DNA from: an uncultured Nitrospiraceae bacterium
Lineage (GTDB): Bacteria > Nitrospirota > UBA9217
Direction of reading: 5' to 3'
Length of the DNA: 64,000 nucleotides
Assembly: GCA_964447405.1 (NCBI GenBank)
Contig: CAYUSP010000003.1
Location: 691,723-755,722, forward strand
The notes under the pieces were generated by a model. That model was not told the origin of the DNA. It did no database searches and was given only the letters and a program-made list of their open reading frames with translations. Positions 1-8,710 of this stretch are shown here, piece after piece. Both the position numbers and the translations under genes were made by a program. Positions within the stretch are counted from its first letter, which is position 1. Each line of letters begins with the position of its first letter.

Positions 1-251
1 TCCGGCGACGATCGTTTTCCGTAAAAGACCGCTTCCTTCATGGAAGGATTGTAATAGGCGTTCGTGATGTCGTCGGACAGCTTCGCAAGCAGTGATCTCG
101 CCAGGTCGGTCCGGTCCCTCTTCAGTTCCGCCTGCTCCACATTCCTGCCCGCAGTCGAGAAACTCGTATAGATCACTGTGACAATGATGGCGAGGATCGC
201 AGTCGCCAGCAGTACTTCGAGCAACGTAAATCCCTTGAAACCGAGAGGCAT
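1..251 (-). CDS. gspJ: Type II secretion minor pseudopilin GspJ-like; N-terminal part only, C-terminus beyond the window edge
   Basis: Minus-strand translation from the ATG at 251..249 gives MPLGFKGFTLLEVLLATAILAIIVTVIYTSF.... This is a prepilin leader with a G|FTLLE methylation motif and a hydrophobic helix. It is the last gene of the gspC-I operon order. Confidence 0.65.
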   Translation of the reverse strand, partial: MPLGFKGFTLLEVLLATAILAIIVTVIYTSFSTAGRNVEQAELKRDRTDLARSLLAKLSDDITNAYYNPSMKEAVFYGKRSSP

Positions 252-301
252 GAAGCGTAAGGGGAAATCAGAGCACCTACAGGATTGATTACTGTTCTCC
301 A

Positions 302-336
302 CCCCTGGCCCCTGGCCCCTGACCCCTGACCCTTTG
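302..336 (-). repeat. G-tract tandem repeat (revcomp GGGTCAGGGGTCAGGGGCCAGGGGCCAGGGG) about 50 nt upstream of the gspJ start codon; G-quadruplex potential on the coding strand
   Basis: Plus strand reads cacccctggcccctggcccctgacccctgaccc. That gives five runs of G3-4 on the minus (coding) strand. Confidence 0.6.
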
Positions 337-684
337 CTACTCATACCCCACCAGCTCTACCATTTCCTGCCGGTCCCCCTCTTTCCAGAGAACAGCAATG
401 CGCACCTCCATGATCTGGGTAAGGGGAGTGGGTGAAATCACCTTCTTCCATAGATACTCTTTGAACTCCACTTCGGGGAACTCCCCCTCATCCTCCGCAG
501 GAAGGCGCGGCCGCTTTACGATCGTGTCCGTCATCACCCGCTTCGCAAGAAGCGTGGCCGTGGTGATCCGCTCTGCTGCCAGGACGTTCTGCATGCTCCT
601 GTTTTTGAGCCCCAGCAGTGAGACCAGTACAAACGCCATGATCGAAACGGCCATCATCACTTCGAGAAGGGTGAAACCTTTCAT
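337..684 (-). CDS. gspI: Type II secretion pseudopilin GspI
   Basis: MKGFTLLEVMMAVSIMAFVLVSLLGL... is a prepilin N-terminus. The size of 115 aa and the position between gspH and gspJ fit. The ORF is open further upstream through the G-repeat, and the internal MKG start is preferred. Confidence 0.7.
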   Translation of the reverse strand: MKGFTLLEVMMAVSIMAFVLVSLLGLKNRSMQNVLAAERITTATLLAKRVMTDTIVKRPRLPAEDEGEFPEVEFKEYLWKKVISPTPLTQIMEVRIAVLWKEGDRQEMVELVGYE

Positions 685-727
685 TCCTTGAGGGAAGGAT
701 TGAAATCCGGCCCGGAGACTCGGTTCT

Positions 728-765
728 CCCCATGCCCCATGACCCCTGCCCCATGACCCTTGATC
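728..765 (-). repeat. G-tract tandem repeat (revcomp GGGTCATGGGGCAGGGGTCATGGGGCAT) about 50 nt upstream of the gspI start
   Basis: Plus strand reads atgccccatgacccctgccccatgaccc, giving four G3-4 runs on the coding strand. Confidence 0.6.
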
Positions 766-767
766 CA

Positions 768-1304
768 TCATCGCTCCTCTATCCGTCCTTCGCGGAGCTC
801 CGTATCCCCTGTCAGCGGCCTCACGATCAGGGTGAAAATCTTTTCATCCGCGTCCTTCAGGTAAATAAAGGTCTTCTCCACCCAGCCGTCCGGTGTGAAC
901 TGGATATAATGTTCATCGGAGTGGCTGCCCGCCCGCACATCGCTGAAAGCGGTCTGGCCGGAAAGGATTCCTTCGCTCCCCATCTCGGAGTGATATTTTC
1001 TGAACTCCACAGCCTGCTCTCCAGCCAGGCTGAGAACCTCGGCCCAATAGTGTCCGTTGGGAATATCGAACCTTAGGCGGAACACCGCTTTTTTTGCCTG
1101 TGCCTCGTCCCGCAGAAACCGTATGGTGCCAGTCAAGTGGCGCGCGCTCTGCTTGAGGTTTGCTTCTCCCATGTCCCCGAGGCGGGAGATCACGAGCGAA
1201 AGCATCACTCCCAATACGACAATAACAACCGCAAGTTCTACGAGTGTGAATCCGCGGGGGCTGTTCCGTAACCCGTGATCCCTGACCCCTGACCCTTGAC
1301 CCAT
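768..1304 (-). CDS. gspH: Type II secretion pseudopilin GspH
   Basis: It has a prepilin motif ...RGFTLVELAVVIVVLGVMLSL. It is 178 aa with ATG at 1304. The unusually long 18-aa leader (MGQGSGVRDHGLRNSPRG) is encoded by the G-repeat. Confidence 0.65.
   Translation of the reverse strand: MGQGSGVRDHGLRNSPRGFTLVELAVVIVVLGVMLSLVISRLGDMGEANLKQSARHLTGTIRFLRDEAQAKKAVFRLRFDIPNGHYWAEVLSLAGEQAVEFRKYHSEMGSEGILSGQTAFSDVRAGSHSDEHYIQFTPDGWVEKTFIYLKDADEKIFTLIVRPLTGDTELREGRIEER
1279..1303 (-). repeat. G-tract tandem repeat (revcomp GGGTCAAGGGTCAGGGGTCAGGG, a canonical G3N4G3N3G4N3G3 G4 motif) at the 5' end of gspH
   Basis: Plus strand reads ccctgacccctgacccttgaccc, immediately 3' of the ATG at 1304 on the coding strand. 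Confidence 0.6.
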
Positions 1305-1310
1305 GGCAAG

Positions 1311-1751
1311 CTACTCTATCTTCCAGCTCTGGATATCGGCATTCTTGCCCTCGCCGCCCGGCTCGTTGTCAGCGCCGTAGGAGATGATTTCATATTCTCT
1401 GCCTTCGCTTCCCGGCGATAGATACACGTAGTCCTTGTCCCACGGGTCCTTGGGAATGCGCGCCGGCTTCAGATAGCCGCCCTCGCGCCACTTCGGCGGG
1501 ACGCGGCCTGTTTCCGGCTTCCTGATCAGGGCGTCAAACCCCTGCTCCGTGGAAGGATACGATCCATTGTCGAGTTTGTAAGCATCCAACGCGCTTTCCA
1601 GCGACCGGATCTGCACTTTTGCCGTCCCGATCTTCGCCTTTTCCTCCTGCCCCAGAATGCGGGGAAGGACCAGTCCCGCAAGCAGACCGAGGATAATGAT
1701 CACCACCATGATCTCGATGAGGGTGAAACCCTTTTGATTTCTTGTCTTCAT
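1311..1751 (-). CDS. gspG: Type II secretion major pseudopilin GspG
   Basis: MKTRNQKGFTLIEIMVVIIILGLLAGLVLPRILGQEEKAKIGTAKVQIRSLESALDAYKLDNGSYP...DPWDKDYVY...YGADNEPGGEG is a highly conserved GspG signature. There is an RBS ggagac before the ATG at 1751. Confidence 0.9.
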   Translation of the reverse strand: MKTRNQKGFTLIEIMVVIIILGLLAGLVLPRILGQEEKAKIGTAKVQIRSLESALDAYKLDNGSYPSTEQGFDALIRKPETGRVPPKWREGGYLKPARIPKDPWDKDYVYLSPGSEGREYEIISYGADNEPGGEGKNADIQSWKIE

Positions 1752-1803
1752 ACCGAGTCTCCTTTTACCACCTGACAATATCCGGTTTTCCTTGCCCCCT
1801 GAC

Positions 1804-1832
1804 CCTTGCTCCTTGACCCTGATTTCCAAACC
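1804..1832 (-). repeat. G-tract repeat (revcomp CAGGGTCAAGGAGCAAGGGTCAGGGGGCAAG) in the gspF-gspG intergenic region, about 50-80 nt upstream of gspG
   Basis: Plus strand reads cttgccccctgacccttgctccttgaccctg. Confidence 0.55.
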
Positions 1833-1841
1833 CTGCCGTTA

Positions 1842-3062
1842 TCATCTCAGCCCCGAGCTCATCTCAAGCATAGGCAGCATGATGGCGATGACAATGAAAC
1901 CGATGATCAGGCCCATCACCAGGATGATCACCGGTTCCAGGAGCGCCAGAAACCCGGTGATGCGCGTCTCCACGGTGCGGTCGAACGAATCCGAGATCTT
2001 GAGTAGCATTTTTTCGAGTTCACCGCTCTTCTCGCCCACGGCAACCATCTGCACGACCACGGGCGGGAACAGGCCGCTCCTGCGCAGCGGGTCCGCGATG
2101 GGCTCGCCTTCACGTACGTTGTCGCGGGCCTTCTGGACCGCATTCGCCAGCACGGTATTCCCCACTACATTTCTGACAATATCAAGGGCAGTCAGCGTAG
2201 GAACTCCGCTCTGGAGCAGCGTGCCCAGTGTCCGCGTGAACCGGGATACCGTGATCATGCGGATAAGCCCGCCGAACACGGGAATACGCAGCAGCCAGGC
2301 GTCAACGGCCTCTCTTCCCGCTTGCGTGCCGATATATCTCCGGAAATAGAATATCCCCAGGCCAAGCGCCAGCAGGATCGCCCACCAGTAAGAGGAGAGC
2401 AGCCGCACGATCCCAAGCAGCATGAGCGTCACGAACGGAAGCTGCTGTTTCGTGTTCTCGAACATGCCCACGACGCGCGGCATTACAAAGCTGAACACGA
2501 AGAACAGCATGCCTGCGCCGATGATCGTCATGAACGCGGGATAGGCAAGGGCCGCTGTGATCCTGCCGCGGAACCGCACCTGCTCGTCCAGAAAATCCGC
2601 CAACCGGTCAAGGGTTATCTCAAGAGTCCCGCTCGCTTCACCAGCCGAGACCATGTTGACATAGAGCGGCGAAAAGACCTGCGGATTATCCTTGAGTGCA
2701 TCCGCAAGCGATGCGCCTTCGCGTACCCTGTCGCGCACCGCGGAGAGCGCGGCCTTCAGGGCCTCGGTCTCCTCCTGGTCCACCAGCACGGTCAGAGCAT
2801 CCATCAGGGGGAGCCCCGATGACAACAGTGTCGCAAGCTGCCGCGTGGAGGTGGCCAGGTCGCCGAGACGCACCTTTCGCCTGAACACGGTGGTTGATGC
2901 CCCCCTGCGGGCAGCCTGGGCAGCGTCCCCTTCGCGGATCTCAAGAACGATGATGCCGTCTTTCTTGAGCTTCGTCCGGACGGTCTTGAGGCTTTCCCCG
3001 TCCTGGGCACCGGATATCTTCTTTCCCTGGCTGGTAACGCCTTTGTATTCGTAGACCGGCAT
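1842..3062 (-). CDS. gspF: Type II secretion inner-membrane platform protein GspF
   Basis: 406 aa with two GspF repeats, multi-pass membrane topology, and the typical ...LGTLLQSGVPLL... motifs. Confidence 0.9.
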   Translation of the reverse strand: MPVYEYKGVTSQGKKISGAQDGESLKTVRTKLKKDGIIVLEIREGDAAQAARRGASTTVFRRKVRLGDLATSTRQLATLLSSGLPLMDALTVLVDQEETEALKAALSAVRDRVREGASLADALKDNPQVFSPLYVNMVSAGEASGTLEITLDRLADFLDEQVRFRGRITAALAYPAFMTIIGAGMLFFVFSFVMPRVVGMFENTKQQLPFVTLMLLGIVRLLSSYWWAILLALGLGIFYFRRYIGTQAGREAVDAWLLRIPVFGGLIRMITVSRFTRTLGTLLQSGVPTLTALDIVRNVVGNTVLANAVQKARDNVREGEPIADPLRRSGLFPPVVVQMVAVGEKSGELEKMLLKISDSFDRTVETRITGFLALLEPVIILVMGLIIGFIVIAIMLPMLEMSSGLR

Positions 3063-3162
3063 GGTTTTAATTCAGTTGGGGGTCGCGAGTTCGTAGTTCG
3101 GAGATAAAGACCGAAACTGCGATTCTCACTTCCATCTCCGAACTCCAAACTCCGAACTTACC

Positions 3163-4848
3163 TCACGTTTCCTTCTGCGTCACCCTCACTACTTCGTCAA
3201 CTGACGTGATGCCGGCGAGGATCTTTTCTGCGCCGTCCTGGCGGAGCGAACGCATGCCTTTTTCCATAGCCAGGGCCTTGATCATGGAAGCATCCGAGTT
3301 CTTCATAATCATCTGGCGCATCTCGTCATCCACCGTCAGGAGCTCATAGATCGCGCTCCTGCCAAAATAGCCGGTGTGGAAGCAGGCTTCGCACCCTTTT
3401 GCCCGATACACGGTGATGCCCGCGGCTCCTGTCCTGATCTCGAGTTCCGCGATCTCGCCGGCGGTCATCTGGTATGGCTCACGGCACTCTTTGCACAGCA
3501 CGCGCACGAGCCTCTGCGCAAGGATCCCCATAACCGACGAGGAAATAAGAAACGGTTCGATCTTCATATCAATCAACCGGGTCACCGCACCGGCGGAATC
3601 ATTCGTATGCAGCGTGGAGAACACCAGGTGTCCGGTGAGCGCGGCCTGGATCGCAATCTCAGCGGTCTCGGAGTCCCGGATCTCGCCCACAAGGATCACG
3701 TCCGGATCCTGACGCAAAACCGAACGGAGCCCCGCGGCAAAGGTGAGATGGATCTTGGCGTTCACCTGGATCTGCCCGATGCCCTTGAGCTGGTACTCGA
3801 CCGGGTCTTCGATGGTGATGATGTTCTTGTCCGGAGAGTTGATCTTCGAGAGCGCCGCGTACAGCGTGGTAGTCTTGCCGCTGCCAGTCGGGCCGGTAAC
3901 GAGAACAATGCCGTGGGGTCGCTCGATCATCGCATTGAACCTGGTAAGGGTATCCCCGGTGAATCCGATCTGATCGAGAGGCAGCAGGGCGCTTTCGCGG
4001 TACAGGAGGCGGAGCACGAGCCGCTCGCCGAACGCGGTGGGAACAATCGAGACACGGATGTCCACATCCTTGCCACCGATCTTGATGCGCATGCCGCCGT
4101 CCTGCGGCAGCCGCCGTTCTGCGATGTTCAGATCGGCCATGATCTTGACGCGCGAAGCGATGCTGGCCTGAAACCGCTTCTGGATCGTGAGAATGTTGTA
4201 CAGGATGCCGTCTATGCGGAACCGCGCGATCATCTCTTTTTCGAAGGGCTCGATGTGAATGTCGCTCGCGCGCTCGCGGATGGCCTGGGACAGGAGCGAA
4301 TTCACCAGCCTGATGATCGGAGCGTCGTCGGTGGCCTCCAGCAGGTCCGCGGGCTCATCGAGCTCCACCGCGAGAAAGGACAGGTCATCCTCCTCCATTT
4401 CCTGGACCGTATCCTCGGCGCGGTTCATGTCCTCGCTGTGAAGGCGGTTGATGGTGTCCAGGATCAGTTCGGACGGGGCAAGCACCAGCGATATATCGGC
4501 GTTGAAAAGGGCCCGGAGATCATCAAGCGTGGCGAGGACAAGCGGTTCGGATGTGGCGGCAACGACCGAGCCGTTCTCCCTGCGGAGCGGGACGGCGATC
4601 GCTTTTTTTGCGTAGGTGATGGGAACCTTGAGGGCCAGCTCGCGGTCGATTTCCCCGAGCTCGCCCTGGAACGGAAGGCGGAGCTGGGCGCCGAGCGCCT
4701 TCAGCACATCGGCCTCCGTCACAAAGTTTAACCGGACCAGCAGCGTACCGATCCGTCCGCCGCGCTTTTTCTGGAGTTCGAGCGCCTTTTTCAGCCGCTC
4801 CGGCGAAAGCCCGGACTCAACAAGTATCTCGCCGAGCAGGCGTCTCAC
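3163..4848 (-). CDS. gspE: Type II secretion ATPase GspE
   Basis: 561 aa with an N-terminal T2SSE_N/MshEN domain, Walker A GPTGSGKTTT, Asp/His boxes, and a tetracysteine CKEC...CEAC zinc motif. Confidence 0.9.
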   Translation of the reverse strand: MRRLLGEILVESGLSPERLKKALELQKKRGGRIGTLLVRLNFVTEADVLKALGAQLRLPFQGELGEIDRELALKVPITYAKKAIAVPLRRENGSVVAATSEPLVLATLDDLRALFNADISLVLAPSELILDTINRLHSEDMNRAEDTVQEMEEDDLSFLAVELDEPADLLEATDDAPIIRLVNSLLSQAIRERASDIHIEPFEKEMIARFRIDGILYNILTIQKRFQASIASRVKIMADLNIAERRLPQDGGMRIKIGGKDVDIRVSIVPTAFGERLVLRLLYRESALLPLDQIGFTGDTLTRFNAMIERPHGIVLVTGPTGSGKTTTLYAALSKINSPDKNIITIEDPVEYQLKGIGQIQVNAKIHLTFAAGLRSVLRQDPDVILVGEIRDSETAEIAIQAALTGHLVFSTLHTNDSAGAVTRLIDMKIEPFLISSSVMGILAQRLVRVLCKECREPYQMTAGEIAELEIRTGAAGITVYRAKGCEACFHTGYFGRSAIYELLTVDDEMRQMIMKNSDASMIKALAMEKGMRSLRQDGAEKILAGITSVDEVVRVTQKET

Positions 4849-6710
4849 CGGGCGCCCTCGGCGGGTCGGCTCGACTCAGGAGTGACCGTCGTCGCGGCGG
4901 GTGCTGACTGCTGTTGGCCAGCAGCCGGCTCCTGCCCAGCCCCTGACTGTTCGCCGGTTGTAGGTTTTTTCTCGTGCGCGCCCGGGAGGCCCCGGTCCTT
5001 TTTGTCAATACGGTATTCCTTGCGGAACTCATCCAGGGATTCGTTCTTGTGCCTCGTAAGTTCGCCGGCCTCGGCGTCTCCCTTGATCACGTAGGGCGTA
5101 ATGAAAATCATGAGGTTCGTCTTCTCGATCTTGGTCGTCTTGTATTTAAAGAACCATCCCAGGATCGGGATATCGCCCAGCAGCGGCACCTTCACGGTTG
5201 ACGCTGTCGCATTGTCCCTGATCAGCCCGCCGATCACCATGGTTTCCTTGTCTTTCACTACGACGGTGGTGCTTGCCGAACGCTTGCTCGTACTCGGGCC
5301 CACCAGGTTCGGATTCAATCCGGCAGTCGCGATCACGTTGGATATCTCAAGGTTCAGCTCGAGCTTGACGTTGTCCTCCGAGGTGATCTGCGGCGTCAGT
5401 TCCATGGTCAGGCCGACGTCCTTTCGATCGATGGCGGTCAGGATGGAGCCGGCCGTTGCCGGAGTCTGGGTTTGACTGCCGATGAACGGCACATTCTCGC
5501 CGACCATGATCTTGGCCTTTTGATTGTCCGTGGTAAGGATGTTCGGCGTGGACAGCACATTCACGTCGCCGTCAGTCTGCACCGCGCGAAGGAGCGCGCC
5601 GATGTTCATGTACTCCACACCTTTAAAAGAGAAGGTACCCTTGACCGCTCCCACGGCCAGGCCATTGAAGCCCGCGAATGCGGCAGGTCCGCTGACCGTC
5701 GCGTTGGCGATGCCGCCGAAGTTCGTCCCGCCCACGGCATTCGTGCTGCTGTCGCTCAGTTGATTGACAGCGCGGAACTCGAATCCGAGTTCCCGCTGCT
5801 TTGCCAGACCCATCTCGATGATCGCTGCTTCGACATAGACCTGGCGGCGGCGAATATCAAGTTTCTGGATCACGTCCTTCATGATCTCGAAATCGCCTGG
5901 CGATGCGACAATAATCAGCGAGTTCGTTGTCTTGTCCGCAGTGATGGTGACCGCGCCTTCGAGGATCGTGGACGGTCCCGCGGGCTGCGCCGCTCCTCCC
6001 GCCGGCGGCACCGGCAGCCTGGAGACAAGCGCCTGCATCAGTTTAGCGATGTCCTCGGCGTTTGCGTTCCTCAAATAGTAGACGTTAATCTTGCCTTTCC
6101 CTTCGGGCGCCGCCACGTCCATGGCATGGATCAGGCTTTCGATCTTCCTGATGTTATGCACGGAGTCGGTAATGATGACGGAGTTCGTGGTGGGATAGGC
6201 GATCAGCGTGCCGTCTTTGGTAACGAGGGGGGAAATCGTTCGCACGATCTCCTGCGGATTGACGAAACTCATGCGGATGAGCTTGGTTACGTACCCCTCC
6301 CCGTTCATGCTGCCATCCTGCATCACCTTGAGCCCGCTCTGCCTGGCCGAGGCCGCGGGAATGATGCGGATCACCGCTCCGTCCTCAATGGCTGTAAACC
6401 CCTTGATTTCGAGCGCCGAAAGGAACACCTGGTATGCCTCGTCGGGTGAGATCTTCGTCGGCGTCATGAGCGTGATCTTGCCCACCACGCGTTCATCCAG
6501 GATGAAGTTCCTGCGCGTAAGCTCGCTCATCACTTTGATGAGGGCGTTGATGTCGATGTTGGTGAAGTTCAGGGTGATGTAATCCTCGCCGGATCTTGCC
6601 TTCTGAAGATCGGCCTGATCGGGCGGGGCAACGGGCTTCTTCTCTTCAGCGTTAGCCGCGGATATGCCCATGAGCCCCATGAGAAGCAGCAGGGCCGCTG
6701 TTCTTTTCAC
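4845..6710 (-). CDS. gspD: Type II secretion secretin GspD
   Basis: 621 aa with a signal peptide, N0-N3 secretin N-domains, and a C-terminal secretin domain (...VPLLGDIPILGWFFK...). There is an ATGA overlap with gspE. Confidence 0.9.
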   Translation of the reverse strand: MKRTAALLLLMGLMGISAANAEEKKPVAPPDQADLQKARSGEDYITLNFTNIDINALIKVMSELTRRNFILDERVVGKITLMTPTKISPDEAYQVFLSALEIKGFTAIEDGAVIRIIPAASARQSGLKVMQDGSMNGEGYVTKLIRMSFVNPQEIVRTISPLVTKDGTLIAYPTTNSVIITDSVHNIRKIESLIHAMDVAAPEGKGKINVYYLRNANAEDIAKLMQALVSRLPVPPAGGAAQPAGPSTILEGAVTITADKTTNSLIIVASPGDFEIMKDVIQKLDIRRRQVYVEAAIIEMGLAKQRELGFEFRAVNQLSDSSTNAVGGTNFGGIANATVSGPAAFAGFNGLAVGAVKGTFSFKGVEYMNIGALLRAVQTDGDVNVLSTPNILTTDNQKAKIMVGENVPFIGSQTQTPATAGSILTAIDRKDVGLTMELTPQITSEDNVKLELNLEISNVIATAGLNPNLVGPSTSKRSASTTVVVKDKETMVIGGLIRDNATASTVKVPLLGDIPILGWFFKYKTTKIEKTNLMIFITPYVIKGDAEAGELTRHKNESLDEFRKEYRIDKKDRGLPGAHEKKPTTGEQSGAGQEPAAGQQQSAPAATTVTPESSRPAEGAR

Positions 6711-6835
6711 TCGTCGCCTCCGTGATTTGAATTGTACAGGAAAATACGAACCGGAGAATCGGGGAATGGGGGCCTCGGAAAGGTTCTCGGGCCAATATTC
6801 CGTAGCTCCCGTTCCCCGGTTCCCCGGTTTATGTG

Positions 6836-7660
6836 TTAGCGTATCTCGTAGTTCAGCGTCTGGCGCTGACCGCCGCGGATGAGGTCAATGGAGATGTACC
6901 GCTCGTTCCTGAGTCCCTGGTAAAGCTGGAAGAACTTGGAGGGATCGTCAACATCCTGCGAATTGACCCGCTGGATCACATCATTGTTCTGGATCCCGAT
7001 CTTCTCATAGATGCTGCCCGGCACGATCTCGCTGATCTTGAACCCCACGGTCTTTCCCTGCTCCATATGGGGCAGCGCACGCGCCTGCGTCAGTATCTGG
7101 CTCATGTTTTCCGTGCTCGCGATCATTTCTTTCTGGTCCACCATCCATTTGCCATCGGAGAGCTTTTTTACACCGTTTACGCCCGGCTTTGGGATGGAGA
7201 CGATCTTGGTGTCGTCGATGATCTGGATGTCGACGGTCCCGCCATCCGCTTTCTGGAGCGTGACCTTGTCGCGGATAACCTTTATGATCTGCGAACCATC
7301 AGGCAGCTTCTGGCGCGTCCGGTAAAAAGCCTGGCCCGTGCTGTCCTCAAGCACTGCGCCGGAAAAATTCGCGCCCTCCACCGTCCCGATGAGCTTGTAG
7401 GTGGTGGCTTCGATTGCTGTCGCTCCCCCGGAAGGCCCTTTTCCATCACCGAAGATCCCGCGTTCAAGGATGGAGGAATAATCGGAGAGCTCGCGCTTCG
7501 GCTCGATCGCTGGCCGTTCACGGTCCAAGGGAGCCGCGTACTTCGGAGCAGCATCAAGGCTCCTGCCGATCATCGCATCCACCGTATCAGCAAGAAAATA
7601 AGCTGAAAACGTGAGAAGAGCAATGAGAACAAGCGTATACAGTGTTTTTTCTTCTTTCAC
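6836..7660 (-). CDS. gspC: Type II secretion protein GspC (PDZ domain)
   Basis: 274 aa with an N-terminal TM anchor, an HR/pilotin-binding-like region, and a C-terminal PDZ domain (...GFKISEIVPGSIYEKIGIQNNDVIQRVNSQDV...). It is the first gene of the operon. Confidence 0.7.
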   Translation of the reverse strand: MKEEKTLYTLVLIALLTFSAYFLADTVDAMIGRSLDAAPKYAAPLDRERPAIEPKRELSDYSSILERGIFGDGKGPSGGATAIEATTYKLIGTVEGANFSGAVLEDSTGQAFYRTRQKLPDGSQIIKVIRDKVTLQKADGGTVDIQIIDDTKIVSIPKPGVNGVKKLSDGKWMVDQKEMIASTENMSQILTQARALPHMEQGKTVGFKISEIVPGSIYEKIGIQNNDVIQRVNSQDVDDPSKFFQLYQGLRNERYISIDLIRGGQRQTLNYEIR

Positions 7661-7702
7661 GACAGAAATGCCCCCCTAATGCTTCTTACCTCGTCATAAA
7701 AA

Positions 7703-7731
7703 ATTATACTCTCTGGCGGGTTTCTTGTCAA
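7703..7731 (-). promoter_or_regulatory. Perfect consensus sigma70 promoter for the gsp operon: -35 TTGACA (7731..7726), 17-bp spacer, -10 TATAAT (7708..7703), read on the minus strand
   Basis: Revcomp of 7703-7731 is TTGACAagaaacccgccagagagTATAAT. The gspC start codon is about 40 nt downstream, at 7660. Confidence 0.6.
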
Positions 7732-7743
7732 TTGTTAACAATT
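7730..7743. promoter_or_regulatory. Perfect 14-bp palindrome AATTGTTAACAATT abutting or overlapping the -35 hexamer of the gsp promoter; candidate operator
   Basis: aattgttaacaatt is exactly self-complementary. It lies on the upstream side of the -35 element. Confidence 0.4.
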
Positions 7744-7815
7744 TGAGAGTAAAAGGTTTTTCCCTGTCCTGGCCGCTTCTGCAATGCTTTCCGAACAGCC
7801 GTCCGGTTCAATCGA

Positions 7816-8499
7816 TCATGCAATGAAGAACCCCTGGTAAAACCGCTCTGCCCGCTCACGGTAGCCGGGAAATATCCGTTCCGAGTCAATGGCAACGTCG
7901 GAAACATCGATGCCCTTCTCGTTCTTCAGCCATTCCTGCACCATGGCAGGAGTGACCTCGATGTGGAATTGGAGCGCATACACCCTGTCACGAAACAGGA
8001 AAGCCTGGTTCTGATAGAGCTCCGAAGATGCGAGGCATACAGCTCCAGCAGGAAGATCGAACGTGTCGCCATGCCATTGGAAGACCTGGGCACGGTCCCG
8101 GCCTGGTATCGTGAGAGCGGACATACCGGGATCTTTCAATCCGTCGCGCGTCAGTTCAACTTCGGACCATCCAATCTCCTTGCGAGAGCCGGGATAGACA
8201 CGGCTGCCGAGCACATGTGCGATCATCTGCGCACCAAGGCAGATTCCGAGTACATGCTTGTCCATTTTTATGGCCCGATCAATCAGCAGTGCCTCGTGTA
8301 CGAGATGGGGATAGGTAAGCATTTCGTACACCGCCATGGGTCCGCCCATGACCAGAAAATGGGAAAATTGATCGGGATCGGGGACATCATCGCCCGCGCT
8401 GAGATCAACGACCGCAAAGGGTATCCCGCGCGCAAGCAAATGCTCCGCGATCGTACCCGGCCCTTCACTGAAGATGTTCTTGATGATGAGAACCCGCAT
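7816..8499 (-). CDS. Class I glutamine amidotransferase (GMP-synthase-like GATase1)
   Basis: 227 aa with a catalytic Cys motif GICLGAQMIAHVLG and a His/Glu dyad region ...ALQFHIE... Confidence 0.75.
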   Translation of the reverse strand: MRVLIIKNIFSEGPGTIAEHLLARGIPFAVVDLSAGDDVPDPDQFSHFLVMGGPMAVYEMLTYPHLVHEALLIDRAIKMDKHVLGICLGAQMIAHVLGSRVYPGSRKEIGWSEVELTRDGLKDPGMSALTIPGRDRAQVFQWHGDTFDLPAGAVCLASSELYQNQAFLFRDRVYALQFHIEVTPAMVQEWLKNEKGIDVSDVAIDSERIFPGYRERAERFYQGFFIA

Positions 8500-8508
8500 A
8501 AAGCGCGA

Positions 8509-8676
8509 TCATCCCTTCTTTGAAAAAAATATGAATGCCATAGTAGGCCGCTTGGAGGACACGGAGGTCACAAACTGGATGCTCTCGAACACGCATCCCT
8601 TCGCCGTCCATTCGTTCAGGGTCCGTTCGATCTCTTCATCGGTCACCGTGCTGATTTCAACGACTTTATAGGACAT
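8509..8676 (-). CDS. Small DUF4177-like protein, 55 aa; not in the ORF track because under 60 aa
   Basis: Hand translation of the minus strand gives MSYKVVEISTVTDEEIERTLNEWTAKGCVFESIQFVTSVSSKRPTMAFIFFSKKG. The YKVVEI start is typical of DUF4177. It sits directly upstream of the GATase gene. Confidence 0.45.
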   Translation of the reverse strand: MSYKVVEISTVTDEEIERTLNEWTAKGCVFESIQFVTSVSSKRPTMAFIFFSKKG

Positions 8677-8710
8677 GCCCGGATTATAGACAAGGCGGGA
8701 TTATTTTTCA

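Noticed and set aside
1131-1150. Sigma54-like TGGCGC-N5-CTGC motif inside gspH.
   Set aside because: It is a weak match (CTGC instead of TTGC) and is located within the coding sequence. The operon already has a perfect sigma70 promoter upstream.
300-1832. The tandem G-rich repeats as a CRISPR array, or as a low-complexity GQGSG protein domain.
   Set aside because: The units are 8-10 nt, far too short for CRISPR. There are no regular spacer/repeat units and no cas genes. They sit singly upstream of each pseudopilin gene rather than in one array. Translation as GQGSG is a frame coincidence of the G-tract motif.
3376-4731. Long antisense ORFs inside well-supported genes, for example:
- 3376..4731 inside gspE,
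- 5472..6449 inside gspD,
- 33188..34360 inside the HD-GYP gene,
- 35205..35990 and 35911..37011 inside the histidine kinase,
- 40159..41436 and 41503..42423 inside secA,
- 43389..44225 and 44298..45461 inside katG,
- 51595..52788 inside the P-type ATPase.
   Set aside because: The opposite strand carries proteins with clear family signatures. High GC content suppresses stop codons in antisense frames. The antisense translations are Arg/Ala/Gly-rich and low in complexity, with no recognisable motifs.
8474-8671. 65-aa plus-strand ORF between the GATase and NamZ genes.
   Set aside because: It overlaps the GATase 5' end and the minus-strand DUF4177-like gene. It has no RBS, and the family-like signal is on the other strand.
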